Assembly (NCBI GenBank): GCA_020060565.1
Contig: JAGVAE010000001.1
Coordinates: 66,671-130,670, forward strand
Length of the DNA stretch: 64,000 nucleotides
Reading direction: 5' to 3'
Origin: Candidatus Woesebacteria bacterium
GTDB lineage: Bacteria > Patescibacteriota > Microgenomatia > UBA8517
In this document: positions 7,821 through 16,552 of the stretch, one piece after another
How positions within the stretch are numbered: position 1 is the stretch's first letter
Layout: each line of letters starts with the position of its first letter
Made by a program: the position numbers and the translations under genes
The notes under the pieces: generated by a model
The model's input: only the letters and a program-made list of their open reading frames with translations
Databases searched by the model: none
Told to the model about the DNA's origin: nothing

Positions 7821-9047
7821 ATGAAAATAGTTTTTCTTTCGACTAGAATAGCGGGAAACGATGGGGTTTCACTGGAAGCAGTAAGGTGGAAAGAAATATT
7901 GGAGCGGATGGGTCACAAGGTGACATTTATGGCAGGGGAGCTCGACAGAAGAGGTATTCTAATTCCAGAACTTCATTTTCAACGAGAAGAGGTAGTCAAT
8001 CTTCATGACAAGGTTACTTACGAGAAGAAAAATTATAGAAAAGTAGAGAGGGAAATATATGAAATTGCTGGAAAAATTGAGGGTGTCTTAAGAGAAGTAT
8101 TTAATAATGGCAACAGGCCAGATCTTTTGATTGTTGCTAATATTTTTTCTCTTCCTGTACATTTTCCATTAGCAGTTGCACTTTCTCGAATTGAGGAAGA
8201 ACTTAAAATTCCAATTATTTGCCGCCATCATGATTTTTGGTGGGAAAGAGAAAGATATTTGCGCTCATCAATGTTTACCTTTTTTGAAAAATATTTTCCT
8301 CCAAATATACCAAATATGAAGCATGTGGTAATAAATACAATAGCTCAGAGAGAATTAAAAAAGCGTTTCGGTTATAAGTCAGTTGTAATTCCTGATACTT
8401 TTGATTTTGATTCGGAATTAGGAAAGATTGATTCTTTTTCTGGTCATTTTAGAAAAGACTTTGGGATTAAAAAAGATGACGTGGTATTTCTCCAAGCAAC
8501 TAGAATAGTTCCTAGAAAACGAGTTGAACTTTCAATTAATCTTGTTAAAAAACTGAAAAATCCAAAGTTTGTACTAGTTATTGCAGGTCATGCGGGGGAT
8601 GAAGGGTTGGAATATCAGACAAAGATTAAAAAAATTGCAGGAAAAAGTGGAATTAAAGCCTTTTTTGTTGGAGATTATGTGAATGCTAGAAGAAAAATTA
8701 GAGGTGGACGTAGAATTTATACTTTGTGGGATGCTTTTGTTAATTCGGATATAATAACCTATCCTACAGCACAGGAAGGATTTGGTAATCAGTTTATTGA
8801 GGCAACGTTTTTTAAAAAACCAATAGTTATAACCCCTTACACGGTCTACAAAAAAGACATAAAACCTTTAGGGTATAAAGTAATTGAGATGAATAAGAAC
8901 ATTTCAGATAATGTAATTTACAAGATCAAAAACCTCTTAGAAGATTCTAATAGGCTTCAAAAAATGGTAGATAGAAATTTTTTGATAAGTAAAAAATATT
9001 TTTCCTACGAAGCCGTTGAAGAAAAGCTTAAAAAACTTCTTTCTTGA
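7821..9047 (+). CDS. Glycosyltransferase, family GT4 (group 1)
   Basis: 408 aa. The C-terminal region carries the GT4 signature EGFGNQFIEA (E-x7-E). It lies near gmd and the RfaE-like gene. Confidence 0.75.
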   Translation: MKIVFLSTRIAGNDGVSLEAVRWKEILERMGHKVTFMAGELDRRGILIPELHFQREEVVNLHDKVTYEKKNYRKVEREIYEIAGKIEGVLREVFNNGNRPDLLIVANIFSLPVHFPLAVALSRIEEELKIPIICRHHDFWWERERYLRSSMFTFFEKYFPPNIPNMKHVVINTIAQRELKKRFGYKSVVIPDTFDFDSELGKIDSFSGHFRKDFGIKKDDVVFLQATRIVPRKRVELSINLVKKLKNPKFVLVIAGHAGDEGLEYQTKIKKIAGKSGIKAFFVGDYVNARRKIRGGRRIYTLWDAFVNSDIITYPTAQEGFGNQFIEATFFKKPIVITPYTVYKKDIKPLGYKVIEMNKNISDNVIYKIKNLLEDSNRLQKMVDRNFLISKKYFSYEAVEEKLKKLLS

Positions 9048-9118
9048 GCCTGAGGTGAGGATTGAACTCACGACCCCCAACTTACCAAGTTGGTGCTCTA
9101 CCACTGAGCTACCCAGGC
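9047..9118 (-). tRNA. tRNA-Thr (anticodon GGT)
   Basis: Reverse complement GCCTGGGTAGCTCAGTGGTAGAGCACCAACTTGGTAAGTTGGGGGTCGTGAGTTCAATCCTCACCTCAGGCT gives a cloverleaf with anticodon loop TTGGTAA. Confidence 0.85.
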
Positions 9119-9128
9119 AAACAAATTG

Positions 9129-9200
9129 AGCCGACGAGAGGATTTGGACCTCTGACCTTCACTTTACAAAAGTGTTGCTCTACCACTGAGCTACGCCGGC
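9129..9200 (-). tRNA. tRNA-Thr (anticodon TGT)
   Basis: Reverse complement GCCGGCGTAGCTCAGTGGTAGAGCAACACTTTTGTAAAGTGAAGGTCAGAGGTCCAAATCCTCTCGTCGGCT gives a cloverleaf with anticodon loop TTTGTAA. Confidence 0.85.
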
Positions 9201-9246
9201 ACACGTTGAATTATATCAAATTGTATCCGATTTTAATATTGATTAT

Positions 9247-9966
9247 TTGTCAAGACAGATATATCATAGATCTATGGTGCTTGATAAATTGACGATTTCA
9301 AATCTATACAACAAAAAAGGCCTAAGTGCCAGTGAAATTGCGAAAAAATACAATATTTCTGTTTGGCGTGTTATTAGCTTTATGAGACGAAATAAGTTGA
9401 AAAGACGTAAACCTTCTGAGACATTAGAGCTTCAATTCGAAAGAAAAGCTTTAACATTCAATAAAAAGGAAAAACTAGATGAAAATGAACAAAAACTATT
9501 ACTTGGTGGTCTTTCGCTCTATTGGGCGGAAGGATCAAAGGTCAATACACACACCGTTGACTTTGCCAACAGTAATGAAAAAATGCTCTCGATTTTTATG
9601 AAAATGCTTAGGAATATTTATAGTGTAGATGAGAAAAAATTAAGGGTTTATCTCTATTGTTTTGCAAACCAAAATATTGTGGAATTAATAAGACATTGGT
9701 CTGCAAAATTGAAAATTCCCATATCTCAATTCTCAAAACCGTACGTAAGAAAGGATTTCAAAATTGAAAAGTCTGAAAAAATGCCTTTTGGGCTGGTTCA
9801 TATTAGATATAACGATATGAAGCTGCTCAGGAAAATCCTTTCAGATATTGATATAATTGCTTCTGACCTTTTAAATGCTGGGATGGCGGAGCGGTCAATC
9901 GCATTTGACTGTAAATCAAATGCCCGGAAGGGCTACGTAGGTTCGAATCCTGCTCCCAGCACATAA
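9247..9966 (+). CDS. HTH-containing protein with a weak LAGLIDADG-like motif (possible homing-endonuclease relic); the reading frame runs into tRNA-Tyr
   Basis: N-terminal HTH-like stretch (LSASEIAKKYNISVWRVISFMRR) and a central LLGGLSLYWAEGSK motif reminiscent of G-L-x-x-x-E-G dodecapeptides. The last 30 codons are the tRNA-Tyr gene itself, with no in-frame stop before it. Confidence 0.4.
   Translation: MSRQIYHRSMVLDKLTISNLYNKKGLSASEIAKKYNISVWRVISFMRRNKLKRRKPSETLELQFERKALTFNKKEKLDENEQKLLLGGLSLYWAEGSKVNTHTVDFANSNEKMLSIFMKMLRNIYSVDEKKLRVYLYCFANQNIVELIRHWSAKLKIPISQFSKPYVRKDFKIEKSEKMPFGLVHIRYNDMKLLRKILSDIDIIASDLLNAGMAERSIAFDCKSNARKGYVGSNPAPST
9877..9961 (+). tRNA. tRNA-Tyr (anticodon GTA), with a long variable arm
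   Basis: GCTGGGATGGCGGAGCGGTCAATCGCATTTGACTGTAAATCAAATGCCCGGAAGGGCTACGTAGGTTCGAATCCTGCTCCCAGCA. Anticodon loop CTGTAAA, long variable arm GCCCGGAAGGGC, acceptor GCTGGGA/TCCCAGC. Confidence 0.85.
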
Positions 9967-10203
9967 CGGGGAAATGTAATTACTTCTAAGCAAAAGATCT
10001 TCCAAAAATGACCCCGTCATCAAGGGGATCGGTGCTCTTCCTGGAAATCTCCAGGTGGGTAAGCTGTCCTCTTTCGCTTAAAGCTACGGAGGAACTCCGC
10101 CTTCCCAATTTTAAAAATAGTCAGAAAGTTAAAACCGACCTTCCTTTTTAACAGGGTCAAATAATTATAACATGAAAGTCAATCGTGAAAAAAACTAGTT
10201 ATA

Positions 10204-10857
10204 TTAAAAACCTGGGACTAAAAGGTTCAAAATGAAGCTAACTACTGGATAAAAAACATATGAGATTAAGCTATTTCCACCAAATGGGAATATTAATATT
10301 AGAAGTGCAAACATTCCGTACCTAGTTAAAAACATATCAAATTCATGGGCTTCCTTTTTAGGAAGAATTCCTACTAAAATTTTACCTCCATCAAGTGGAT
10401 GAATTGGAATTAGGTTAAAAATTGCCAAAACCACATTAAGTAGGATTAAAGGGAAGGTGATGGTAAAAACAATTTCGTTGGGGAAGATTCTTAAAATTAT
10501 AGCGATAAGGGTTGCAAGAATAATGTTACTCATGGGTCCTGCCAGAGAAATTAGGGCAGCGTCTTTCTTTGGGTTTTGGAGATTGTATGGATCAATAGGA
10601 ACAGGTTTTGCCCAGCCAAAAGGAATTACAGGAATTCCAATTGAACGCATGATGACAAGAGCAAGAAGAAGAGTGGTTCCTACTGGGTCATAGTGTTTTA
10701 TTGGGTTTAGAGTAAGTCTTCCTAAAAGTCTTGCGGTAGGGTCTCCAAGTCTATTAGCCATCCAAGCATGGGAGGCCTCATGTACAGTAATAGCTACAGC
10801 AAAAGCAACAATCCAAACAATAATTCCAATTACAATTTCCATTGCGGTATAGCCCAA
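10204..10857 (-). CDS. Site-2 protease family (peptidase M50) zinc metalloprotease
   Basis: HEASHA (HExxH) inside a TM helix and NLIPIHPLDGG (LDG motif). Polytopic membrane protein. Confidence 0.8.
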   Translation of the reverse strand: MGYTAMEIVIGIIVWIVAFAVAITVHEASHAWMANRLGDPTARLLGRLTLNPIKHYDPVGTTLLLALVIMRSIGIPVIPFGWAKPVPIDPYNLQNPKKDAALISLAGPMSNIILATLIAIILRIFPNEIVFTITFPLILLNVVLAIFNLIPIHPLDGGKILVGILPKKEAHEFDMFLTRYGMFALLILIFPFGGNSLISYVFYPVVSFILNLLVPGF

Positions 10858-10912
10858 TTATATAGTATAATCACGATCTACAGCTAGCGAAAGCGTAGCT
10901 GATATTATATAT

Positions 10913-11167
10913 ATGGCATACATTTGCGACAATTGTGGAAAAGGATTAGTCTACGGGCGTCAAAGTAGTCACCATAGAGGTGTGGCTGGAAAACGCTGGA
11001 AGAAACGTGCTCAAGTTACACTTCGTACATTTAAACCCAATTTGCAAAAAATTGAGACTGTTATTGGTGGTAAGAAAACCCAAATGAGGCTTTGTACGGA
11101 TTGTATAAGTAGATTTAAAAAAGATGGGAAAATTGGGGGTAAGCTTCATCAAACTGCTTCTTTGTAA
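10913..11167 (+). CDS. rpmB: 50S ribosomal protein L28
   Basis: MAYICDNCGKGLVYGRQSSHHRGVAGKRWKKRAQVTLRTFKPNLQ...RLCTDC matches L28. Its 3' end overlaps convergent fmt by about 50 nt. Confidence 0.8.
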   Translation: MAYICDNCGKGLVYGRQSSHHRGVAGKRWKKRAQVTLRTFKPNLQKIETVIGGKKTQMRLCTDCISRFKKDGKIGGKLHQTASL

Positions 11168-11972
11168 CGGGTAGTTTTCCCTCGAGTTGAACTTCATCCA
11201 AAATTAGTTTATCTCCTTCAATATGGCTTTTTAGGAGCTTTAATCTTTTTTGGTTAGGTAAATATGTCCAGGCACCCGGCCAAGGATACATGGCTCTTAT
11301 AAACCTTTCGATTTCAGATGGACTTTTAAGTTTAAGATCTATAAACCCATCCTCTTTTGTAACCAGTTTTGTATATGTTGCTTCATCGTCATTTTGCTTT
11401 TTGGCTTTTATTTTGCCTTGGATATATGGTGTTAATGTTTCTACTAACACCTCTGCACTTTTAGCAAACAGCCTATTTCTTAAAACATCTGAAGTGTCGG
11501 AGGATAAAATATCTTCTTTAAATTGGGTGATGATTGGGCCATGATCCATCTTTTCATCCATTCTTATAATTGATACTCCGGTTTTGACGTCTCCATTTTT
11601 AATAGCAGCTGGGACAGGGGAAGCACCGCGATACAAGGGAAGAAGAGATGGGTGAATTACCAAAATTCCTTGAGGGAAAAGATTTATTATTTCCTTTTTT
11701 ATTATCTCTCCATATGAAGCGAGAATTCCAATTTCAAAATCCAGGTTTTCTTTAAGTAGATCATTTGCACTGTAAAAACAAGGAATCTTATGTTCGTGTG
11801 CCCACTTATCAATTGGTGAATATGAAAGAACCTGTTTTCTTCCTACTGGTTTGGGGGAAGAAGTGACAACGGCAATAATGGGGGATTTTCCAGGTCCCGT
11901 CACATACTCTCTATGTAAACGGGTTAAGATTGGTAAAACATAATCTGGTGTACCAAAAAATACTATTTTCAA
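11115..11972 (-). CDS. fmt: Methionyl-tRNA formyltransferase
   Basis: MKIVFFGTPDY..., HPSLLPLYRGASPV (the formyltransferase SLLP motif), and its position immediately downstream of def. Confidence 0.9.
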   Translation of the reverse strand: MKIVFFGTPDYVLPILTRLHREYVTGPGKSPIIAVVTSSPKPVGRKQVLSYSPIDKWAHEHKIPCFYSANDLLKENLDFEIGILASYGEIIKKEIINLFPQGILVIHPSLLPLYRGASPVPAAIKNGDVKTGVSIIRMDEKMDHGPIITQFKEDILSSDTSDVLRNRLFAKSAEVLVETLTPYIQGKIKAKKQNDDEATYTKLVTKEDGFIDLKLKSPSEIERFIRAMYPWPGAWTYLPNQKRLKLLKSHIEGDKLILDEVQLEGKLPVTKKQFDEAYPQFSHLF

Positions 11973-12502
11973 ATCAGCTCAACCTCCTCCCATTCATCTC
12001 CCTCAACTTTGTAAAGAGGTTTCTTTTCTTTTATAAGATGATCTATAAATAAGATCCCCTTTAAATGGTCAATTTCATGGAGAATTATCTGAGCACTGAA
12101 ATCCTCAAACTCTTCTGTGATTTTTTCTCCTGATTCATTTAGATATTCAACCTCTACTTTTTTTGCTCGTCTTAAAGGTCCGTAGTAGTAGGGTAAAGAA
12201 AGACAACCCTCGAGAATTTCACGCTTGGATTTTTTTTTGCAATCATCTAATCGCTTATCGCTTATCGCCAATATCTTTGGATTAATCACAACTCTATTGA
12301 AATCTTTGTAGTTACATATAAACACTTGAAGATTGCGTCCTATCTGGGGGGCAGCCAAACCAATCCCTTCTGGATCCTTTTGAGTTGCTAAAGTATCTTT
12401 CAGATCTTTAATTAAGTCTTTGACTTTTTTATCCACAGAAGCAACGGGTTTTGATTTTGCCCTTAGAATTGGGTCACCCGACTGTACAATTTTTTGGACC
12501 AT
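11969..12502 (-). CDS. def: Peptide deformylase
   Basis: GIGLAAPQIG, EGCLS and HEIDHL: the three PDF motifs. Confidence 0.9.
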   Translation of the reverse strand: MVQKIVQSGDPILRAKSKPVASVDKKVKDLIKDLKDTLATQKDPEGIGLAAPQIGRNLQVFICNYKDFNRVVINPKILAISDKRLDDCKKKSKREILEGCLSLPYYYGPLRRAKKVEVEYLNESGEKITEEFEDFSAQIILHEIDHLKGILFIDHLIKEKKPLYKVEGDEWEEVELI

Positions 12503-12528
12503 AGCCTGATTATACCAGGTTTTTGGGG

Positions 12529-14532
12529 CTATTTAATATTTTCCAAAGCCTGTCTGGCTATGGAGTTTGTGGGGTCTATCTTGGTTAGAATGTAGTTTAG
12601 TTGATCTTTAGCTTCGTTATTTTTATTCAAATGAACCAAAAGAGCTGCATATTGCAAACGGGCATCACCATAATCAGGTTTTAATTCAACAGCCCGTTTG
12701 AGATCCTCTGCGGCATTTTGGTAGTCACCTAAGTTGGCATTAGCTACCCCCAAGTTGTAATAGAGCTTGGCATCGGTTGGAGCTAGTTTTATGGCTTCGA
12801 TCAAAGAATTGCGAGCGGGGATTAAATACCTCTCATTAATTGTAGAAAGTTTCACATACGTTCCAAACTCAACTCTTCTAATATTTACATTGGAAGGTGA
12901 AAGTTCAACAGCCTTTTGGATACTGGCAATAGCTAGGTCTGTAAATTGGGAAGCTGAAGAAGCATCGCTTGCTTGGTTATAGGCCATGGCAACTGAAGTA
13001 TAGGAATTAGCAAGTTCTCCATAGTAAAGAGCTTGGGATGGAACAAGTTTTATAGCTTGAGTAAGTGTTGCAATCCCCAAGTCAGGGCGGGGAACAGCGT
13101 TATAGGTTTTTCCTTTGTTATACAAAATATCAGCATACCAATAATTTGAAATAGTAATTAGCAAGTAGCCAGTAGCGATTAAAATAGCAAGAATTAACAT
13201 TTTTTGAAAATTTGACGTTTTTTGCTTACTAATCGCTAATTGCTGATCGCTATTTACTAGTGTTGCCGCTATTGCAGGAAAGATGAAGAATTGAAGTTGA
13301 ATTGGAACTACTGAGAATCCAAAAAAGTTGGTGGCCAAAATTGATACAAATCCTGCAATTAGAGCAAATTTTAAATTTTCGAGTTTTGAAGATTCTAATT
13401 TGTAAATTTGAAAAATGGAAAAGCCAATTAGGGTAAGATATGCAATAAGTCCCATAGTTCCAGTATTGGCTGCAAAGTTTAAGAATTCATTGTGTGCCTT
13501 GTTATAAATAAAGTTCCATTCTGATGTCAGATTATGTTCTGTTGGTCTAAACTGATAGTAAGAGTAGGCAAAAGTTTCAACTCCAGTTCCAAATATTGGA
13601 TAGTGTAGCCAAACCTGGAGTGCCCCTTTCCAAACTATTTTTCTTATAGCACTTGACTCTGTTCCCCCTGTTTCAAGAGCAGTGCCCTGAGGAACTGTCG
13701 CCATTTGATTATTTGTAGATGTGCTTATTATGGAATTTAGACTGGGGGTCCATTGTGTTCCTATAATTAGGGCGAATATAAAATATAAGCCATTAAAAAT
13801 CAAAAACGGTTTTATGTTTTGCTTAAAGTTTTTTATCAATACAAATCCCCAGTAAATTCCTGAGGCTACTGCAAAACCCAATAACCCCGATCTTGATTTA
13901 GTAAAAAGAAGAACAACAAAAAAGAGTGTGGACTGAAGTAGGTAAATCCAAAAGTTTTTCTTCTTACTGTTTGTTTCGAATAGCGACCAAGTAATGGGAA
14001 TAAAAGCAATAATCCAAGCGGCTAACCAATTAGGCTGCCCCAGGGAAGAAAATACTCGGGATTGAACATCCTGTACCCAGATATCCTTATCAATTCCGAA
14101 ATGTTCCAAAACTCCATAAATGGATACTAAAACAGCTGAAGCTAACCAGATTTTAATCAGTTTTAAAGCTTTATCTTTGTCAAAATTACTTACAAAAGCC
14201 CAGTAGAGGAGAAGATAGCAGATAGTGGAGGTAATTCCTCCATTAAAACGTGAGTAATAACCAAAGACTGAAGTGTAGAAATCTATTGAAAGGAATGTAG
14301 AAATTAGCTGTGTTCCAAAAAATACTAAAAGGGGAATATCCAATAATGTGCGACGGAATATAAATTTCTTTTCAATAATGCATTTGACCGCCCAAACTCC
14401 AGCAATTAGAGTTGTGAGTATATAAACCAAGACCATTTTATTAAATTCAAAAACTTCTGAAGTAAAAGGCCATAATACAAGCGGAACAAAGAAGAACAAA
14501 ACTGCAAAAAGAATAAAAATTATTTTTTTCAT
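12529..14532 (-). CDS. Polytopic membrane protein with an O-antigen ligase/Wzy_C-like core and C-terminal TPR repeats
   Basis: About 12 predicted TM helices, then a soluble C-terminal region with repeated TPR-like A..Y.NLG....G...A units. This architecture is common in CPR genomes. Confidence 0.7.
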   Translation of the reverse strand: MKKIIFILFAVLFFFVPLVLWPFTSEVFEFNKMVLVYILTTLIAGVWAVKCIIEKKFIFRRTLLDIPLLVFFGTQLISTFLSIDFYTSVFGYYSRFNGGITSTICYLLLYWAFVSNFDKDKALKLIKIWLASAVLVSIYGVLEHFGIDKDIWVQDVQSRVFSSLGQPNWLAAWIIAFIPITWSLFETNSKKKNFWIYLLQSTLFFVVLLFTKSRSGLLGFAVASGIYWGFVLIKNFKQNIKPFLIFNGLYFIFALIIGTQWTPSLNSIISTSTNNQMATVPQGTALETGGTESSAIRKIVWKGALQVWLHYPIFGTGVETFAYSYYQFRPTEHNLTSEWNFIYNKAHNEFLNFAANTGTMGLIAYLTLIGFSIFQIYKLESSKLENLKFALIAGFVSILATNFFGFSVVPIQLQFFIFPAIAATLVNSDQQLAISKQKTSNFQKMLILAILIATGYLLITISNYWYADILYNKGKTYNAVPRPDLGIATLTQAIKLVPSQALYYGELANSYTSVAMAYNQASDASSASQFTDLAIASIQKAVELSPSNVNIRRVEFGTYVKLSTINERYLIPARNSLIEAIKLAPTDAKLYYNLGVANANLGDYQNAAEDLKRAVELKPDYGDARLQYAALLVHLNKNNEAKDQLNYILTKIDPTNSIARQALENIK

Positions 14533-14567
14533 TGCACAAAATTTAGTATACAGCTATACTGCGTTGC

Positions 14568-15635
14568 ATGAAAATAATCAATCCCATAGACAGATTTTTA
14601 GGAGTTTTCTCACACGATATTGGCATTGATTTAGGAACAGCAAATACTTTGGTTTGGGTGCGTGGTAAAGGAGTAGTGATTCGTGAACCATCCGCAGTTG
14701 CTCGTCACAAAAAATCAAAAGAAATATTAGCCATTGGAGTATCTGCCAAAAAAATGTATGGAAGGGCTCCTTCCACAATTGAAGCGATAAGACCCTTAAG
14801 AGATGGAGTTATTGCAGATTTTGATGCAACTGCGGCAATGCTTAAGCACTACATTAGAAAAGTCCATGAGGGAGGAACTATAATGCCAAAGATTCCTCGC
14901 CCCCGAGTGGTAATTGGGATTCCATCAGGAGTAACCGAGGTTGAACGCAGGGCCGTTGCTGACGCTTCAATGGATGCGGGAGCACGCGAAGTTTATTTGA
15001 TTGAAGAACCAATGGCTGCTGCAATTGGAGCCAAGTTGTCAGTAGAAGGGGCAGAGGGTAATTTTATAGTTGATATTGGAGGAGGAACAAGTGAGATTGC
15101 AGTAATTTCACTAGGGGGAATAGTCTTGGGGAGAAGTGTTAGAGTTGCTGGAGATGAAATGGATGAGGCAATAATCAATTATGTTCGTCTTAAATACTCG
15201 CTTCTTTTGGGTCAACCCACAGCAGAATCTGTAAAAATTGGAATAGCTTCGATAGTAACAGATACAGGAGAAGCCAAAGAAAAGTTTGCGGTTGTGAGAG
15301 GTCGAGACCTTGAAACCGGACTACCCAAATCAATAAAACTGGCAAATAGTGAAATAAGTGAAGCCTTGGCTCCAATTATTCAGGAAATTATTGGAAATAT
15401 TGTGGATACACTAGAAGAAACCCCCCCTGAGTTGACCAGTGATATTATGGAAAGAGGTATTATTCTTGCGGGAGGTGGATCTCTTCTTCCTGGAATTGAT
15501 AAAGCAATTAGTGAGGCTACTCACATGCCAGTTTGGGTGGCCGAGGATCCACTAACTTGTGTAGTCAGAGGATGTGGAATTTGTTTGGAAAATAGTGATC
15601 TTCTTAAAAAAATCAGAGTTACAAAAGGACTATAA
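14568..15635 (+). CDS. mreB: Rod shape-determining protein MreB (actin homologue)
   Basis: DIGIDLGTANTLVWV..., EPSAVA, GGGTSEIAVISLGG: the actin/Hsp70 ATPase motifs of MreB. Confidence 0.9.
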   Translation: MKIINPIDRFLGVFSHDIGIDLGTANTLVWVRGKGVVIREPSAVARHKKSKEILAIGVSAKKMYGRAPSTIEAIRPLRDGVIADFDATAAMLKHYIRKVHEGGTIMPKIPRPRVVIGIPSGVTEVERRAVADASMDAGAREVYLIEEPMAAAIGAKLSVEGAEGNFIVDIGGGTSEIAVISLGGIVLGRSVRVAGDEMDEAIINYVRLKYSLLLGQPTAESVKIGIASIVTDTGEAKEKFAVVRGRDLETGLPKSIKLANSEISEALAPIIQEIIGNIVDTLEETPPELTSDIMERGIILAGGGSLLPGIDKAISEATHMPVWVAEDPLTCVVRGCGICLENSDLLKKIRVTKGL

Positions 15636-15643
15636 AATAATTT

Positions 15644-15856
15644 CTACTCAATGGTAATCTTATGATCGCTTGAAAATAGTTGCATATGTCTTTGAGCCTG
15701 ATTTTTTGCCTCTTCTAATGATGCACCCCATCCTGATAGTTGTAGTGGTCCATCTTGATAATCACCATTTTCTTCATTTATATCGTCACAAGAGTGACAG
15801 TATGCAAAATAAAGGCGGGGTGGAGCTTCTTTACTTCTAAGTATTTCAATTGGCAT
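15644..15856 (-). CDS. HicB-like (UPF0150) small protein
   Basis: ...PRLYFAYCHSCDDINEENGDYQDGPLQLSGWGASLEEAKNQAQRHMQLF resembles the HicB N-terminal RNase-H-like fold pattern (Y.A....D..GGY...PDLPG..S.G.T.EEA..NA.EA). No hicA partner was seen. Confidence 0.4.
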   Translation of the reverse strand: MPIEILRSKEAPPRLYFAYCHSCDDINEENGDYQDGPLQLSGWGASLEEAKNQAQRHMQLFSSDHKITIE

Positions 15857-15859
15857 CTT

Positions 15860-16552
15860 TTAATATGTATCTACAATTCGAACACGATCGATATAGAATA
15901 GTTTTTTACTATTAACGGCTTCTACTATTTCATCAACTGTTGCAAAAACATTTTTTAACTTTCGGTATTGCTTTTCACTCATCCAAATATTTTCTCCTTC
16001 AGGAACTTTTTCTTTCATCTCTCCTTTTACATCGTCAACTCTAAATACCCAAAAATATTTATCTTCTAAAAGTCTGCCATCTTTATGAAAATGGTGATAG
16101 TGAACAATTCCTTTATGTGTAAAATCTCCAGTTAGACCAGTTTCCTCCAAGAATTCGCGTCTTGCACATTCGTTTGGTGTTTCACCCCATCTGACTTTGC
16201 CACTGTGGCTCCCATACCATCCGTAAAAAGGCTCCTTTAGTCTTTTGTGAACCAAATACTCAACTATTCCTTTATTTTTTCTTACTGCATGGATCGCAAT
16301 TGCAATCTTTCCTTGACGCTCTAATTTTAAAGAATCTGTATCCATGCGGTTCGCAAATTCTTTCCCTTCATCTGTCAAGAAATATTTGCCATTAGTTTTT
16401 GCAATTAAACCCTCTTTAATTAAATGGTTAACATGGAAAGTGAAATGGTCGTTTGTTACATCAAATTTTTTTAGATCACGAAATCTGGCACCTGGTTTGA
16501 AAAGCAACTCTCTAAGTATTGAAATCTGAAAATCGTGAACTTTAATTTCCAT
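15860..16552 (-). CDS. Winged-helix (HTH) / NUDIX hydrolase fusion protein
   Basis: The N-terminal 70 aa look like a wHTH (ISILRELLFKPGARFRDLKK...HVNHLIKEGLIAKTNGKYFLTDEG). The C-terminal half carries the Nudix box GKVRWGETPNECARREFLEETGL (G-x5-E-x7-REUxEExGU). Confidence 0.75.
   Translation of the reverse strand: MEIKVHDFQISILRELLFKPGARFRDLKKFDVTNDHFTFHVNHLIKEGLIAKTNGKYFLTDEGKEFANRMDTDSLKLERQGKIAIAIHAVRKNKGIVEYLVHKRLKEPFYGWYGSHSGKVRWGETPNECARREFLEETGLTGDFTHKGIVHYHHFHKDGRLLEDKYFWVFRVDDVKGEMKEKVPEGENIWMSEKQYRKLKNVFATVDEIVEAVNSKKLFYIDRVRIVDTY

Noticed and set aside
10010-10115. SRP (4.5S) RNA as the identity of the hairpin-rich intergenic segment
   Set aside because: The conserved helix-8 features (GGAA tetraloop flanked by AGCAG on the 3' side and the asymmetric internal loops) are not present on either strand. 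It is kept only as an unclassified candidate structured RNA.
10913-11167. A possible mis-annotation from the 53-nt convergent overlap between rpmB and fmt
   Set aside because: Both proteins are recognisable to their ends (L28 C-terminus; Fmt C-terminal domain), and neither frame has an earlier stop. A genuine convergent 3' overlap is the simplest reading.
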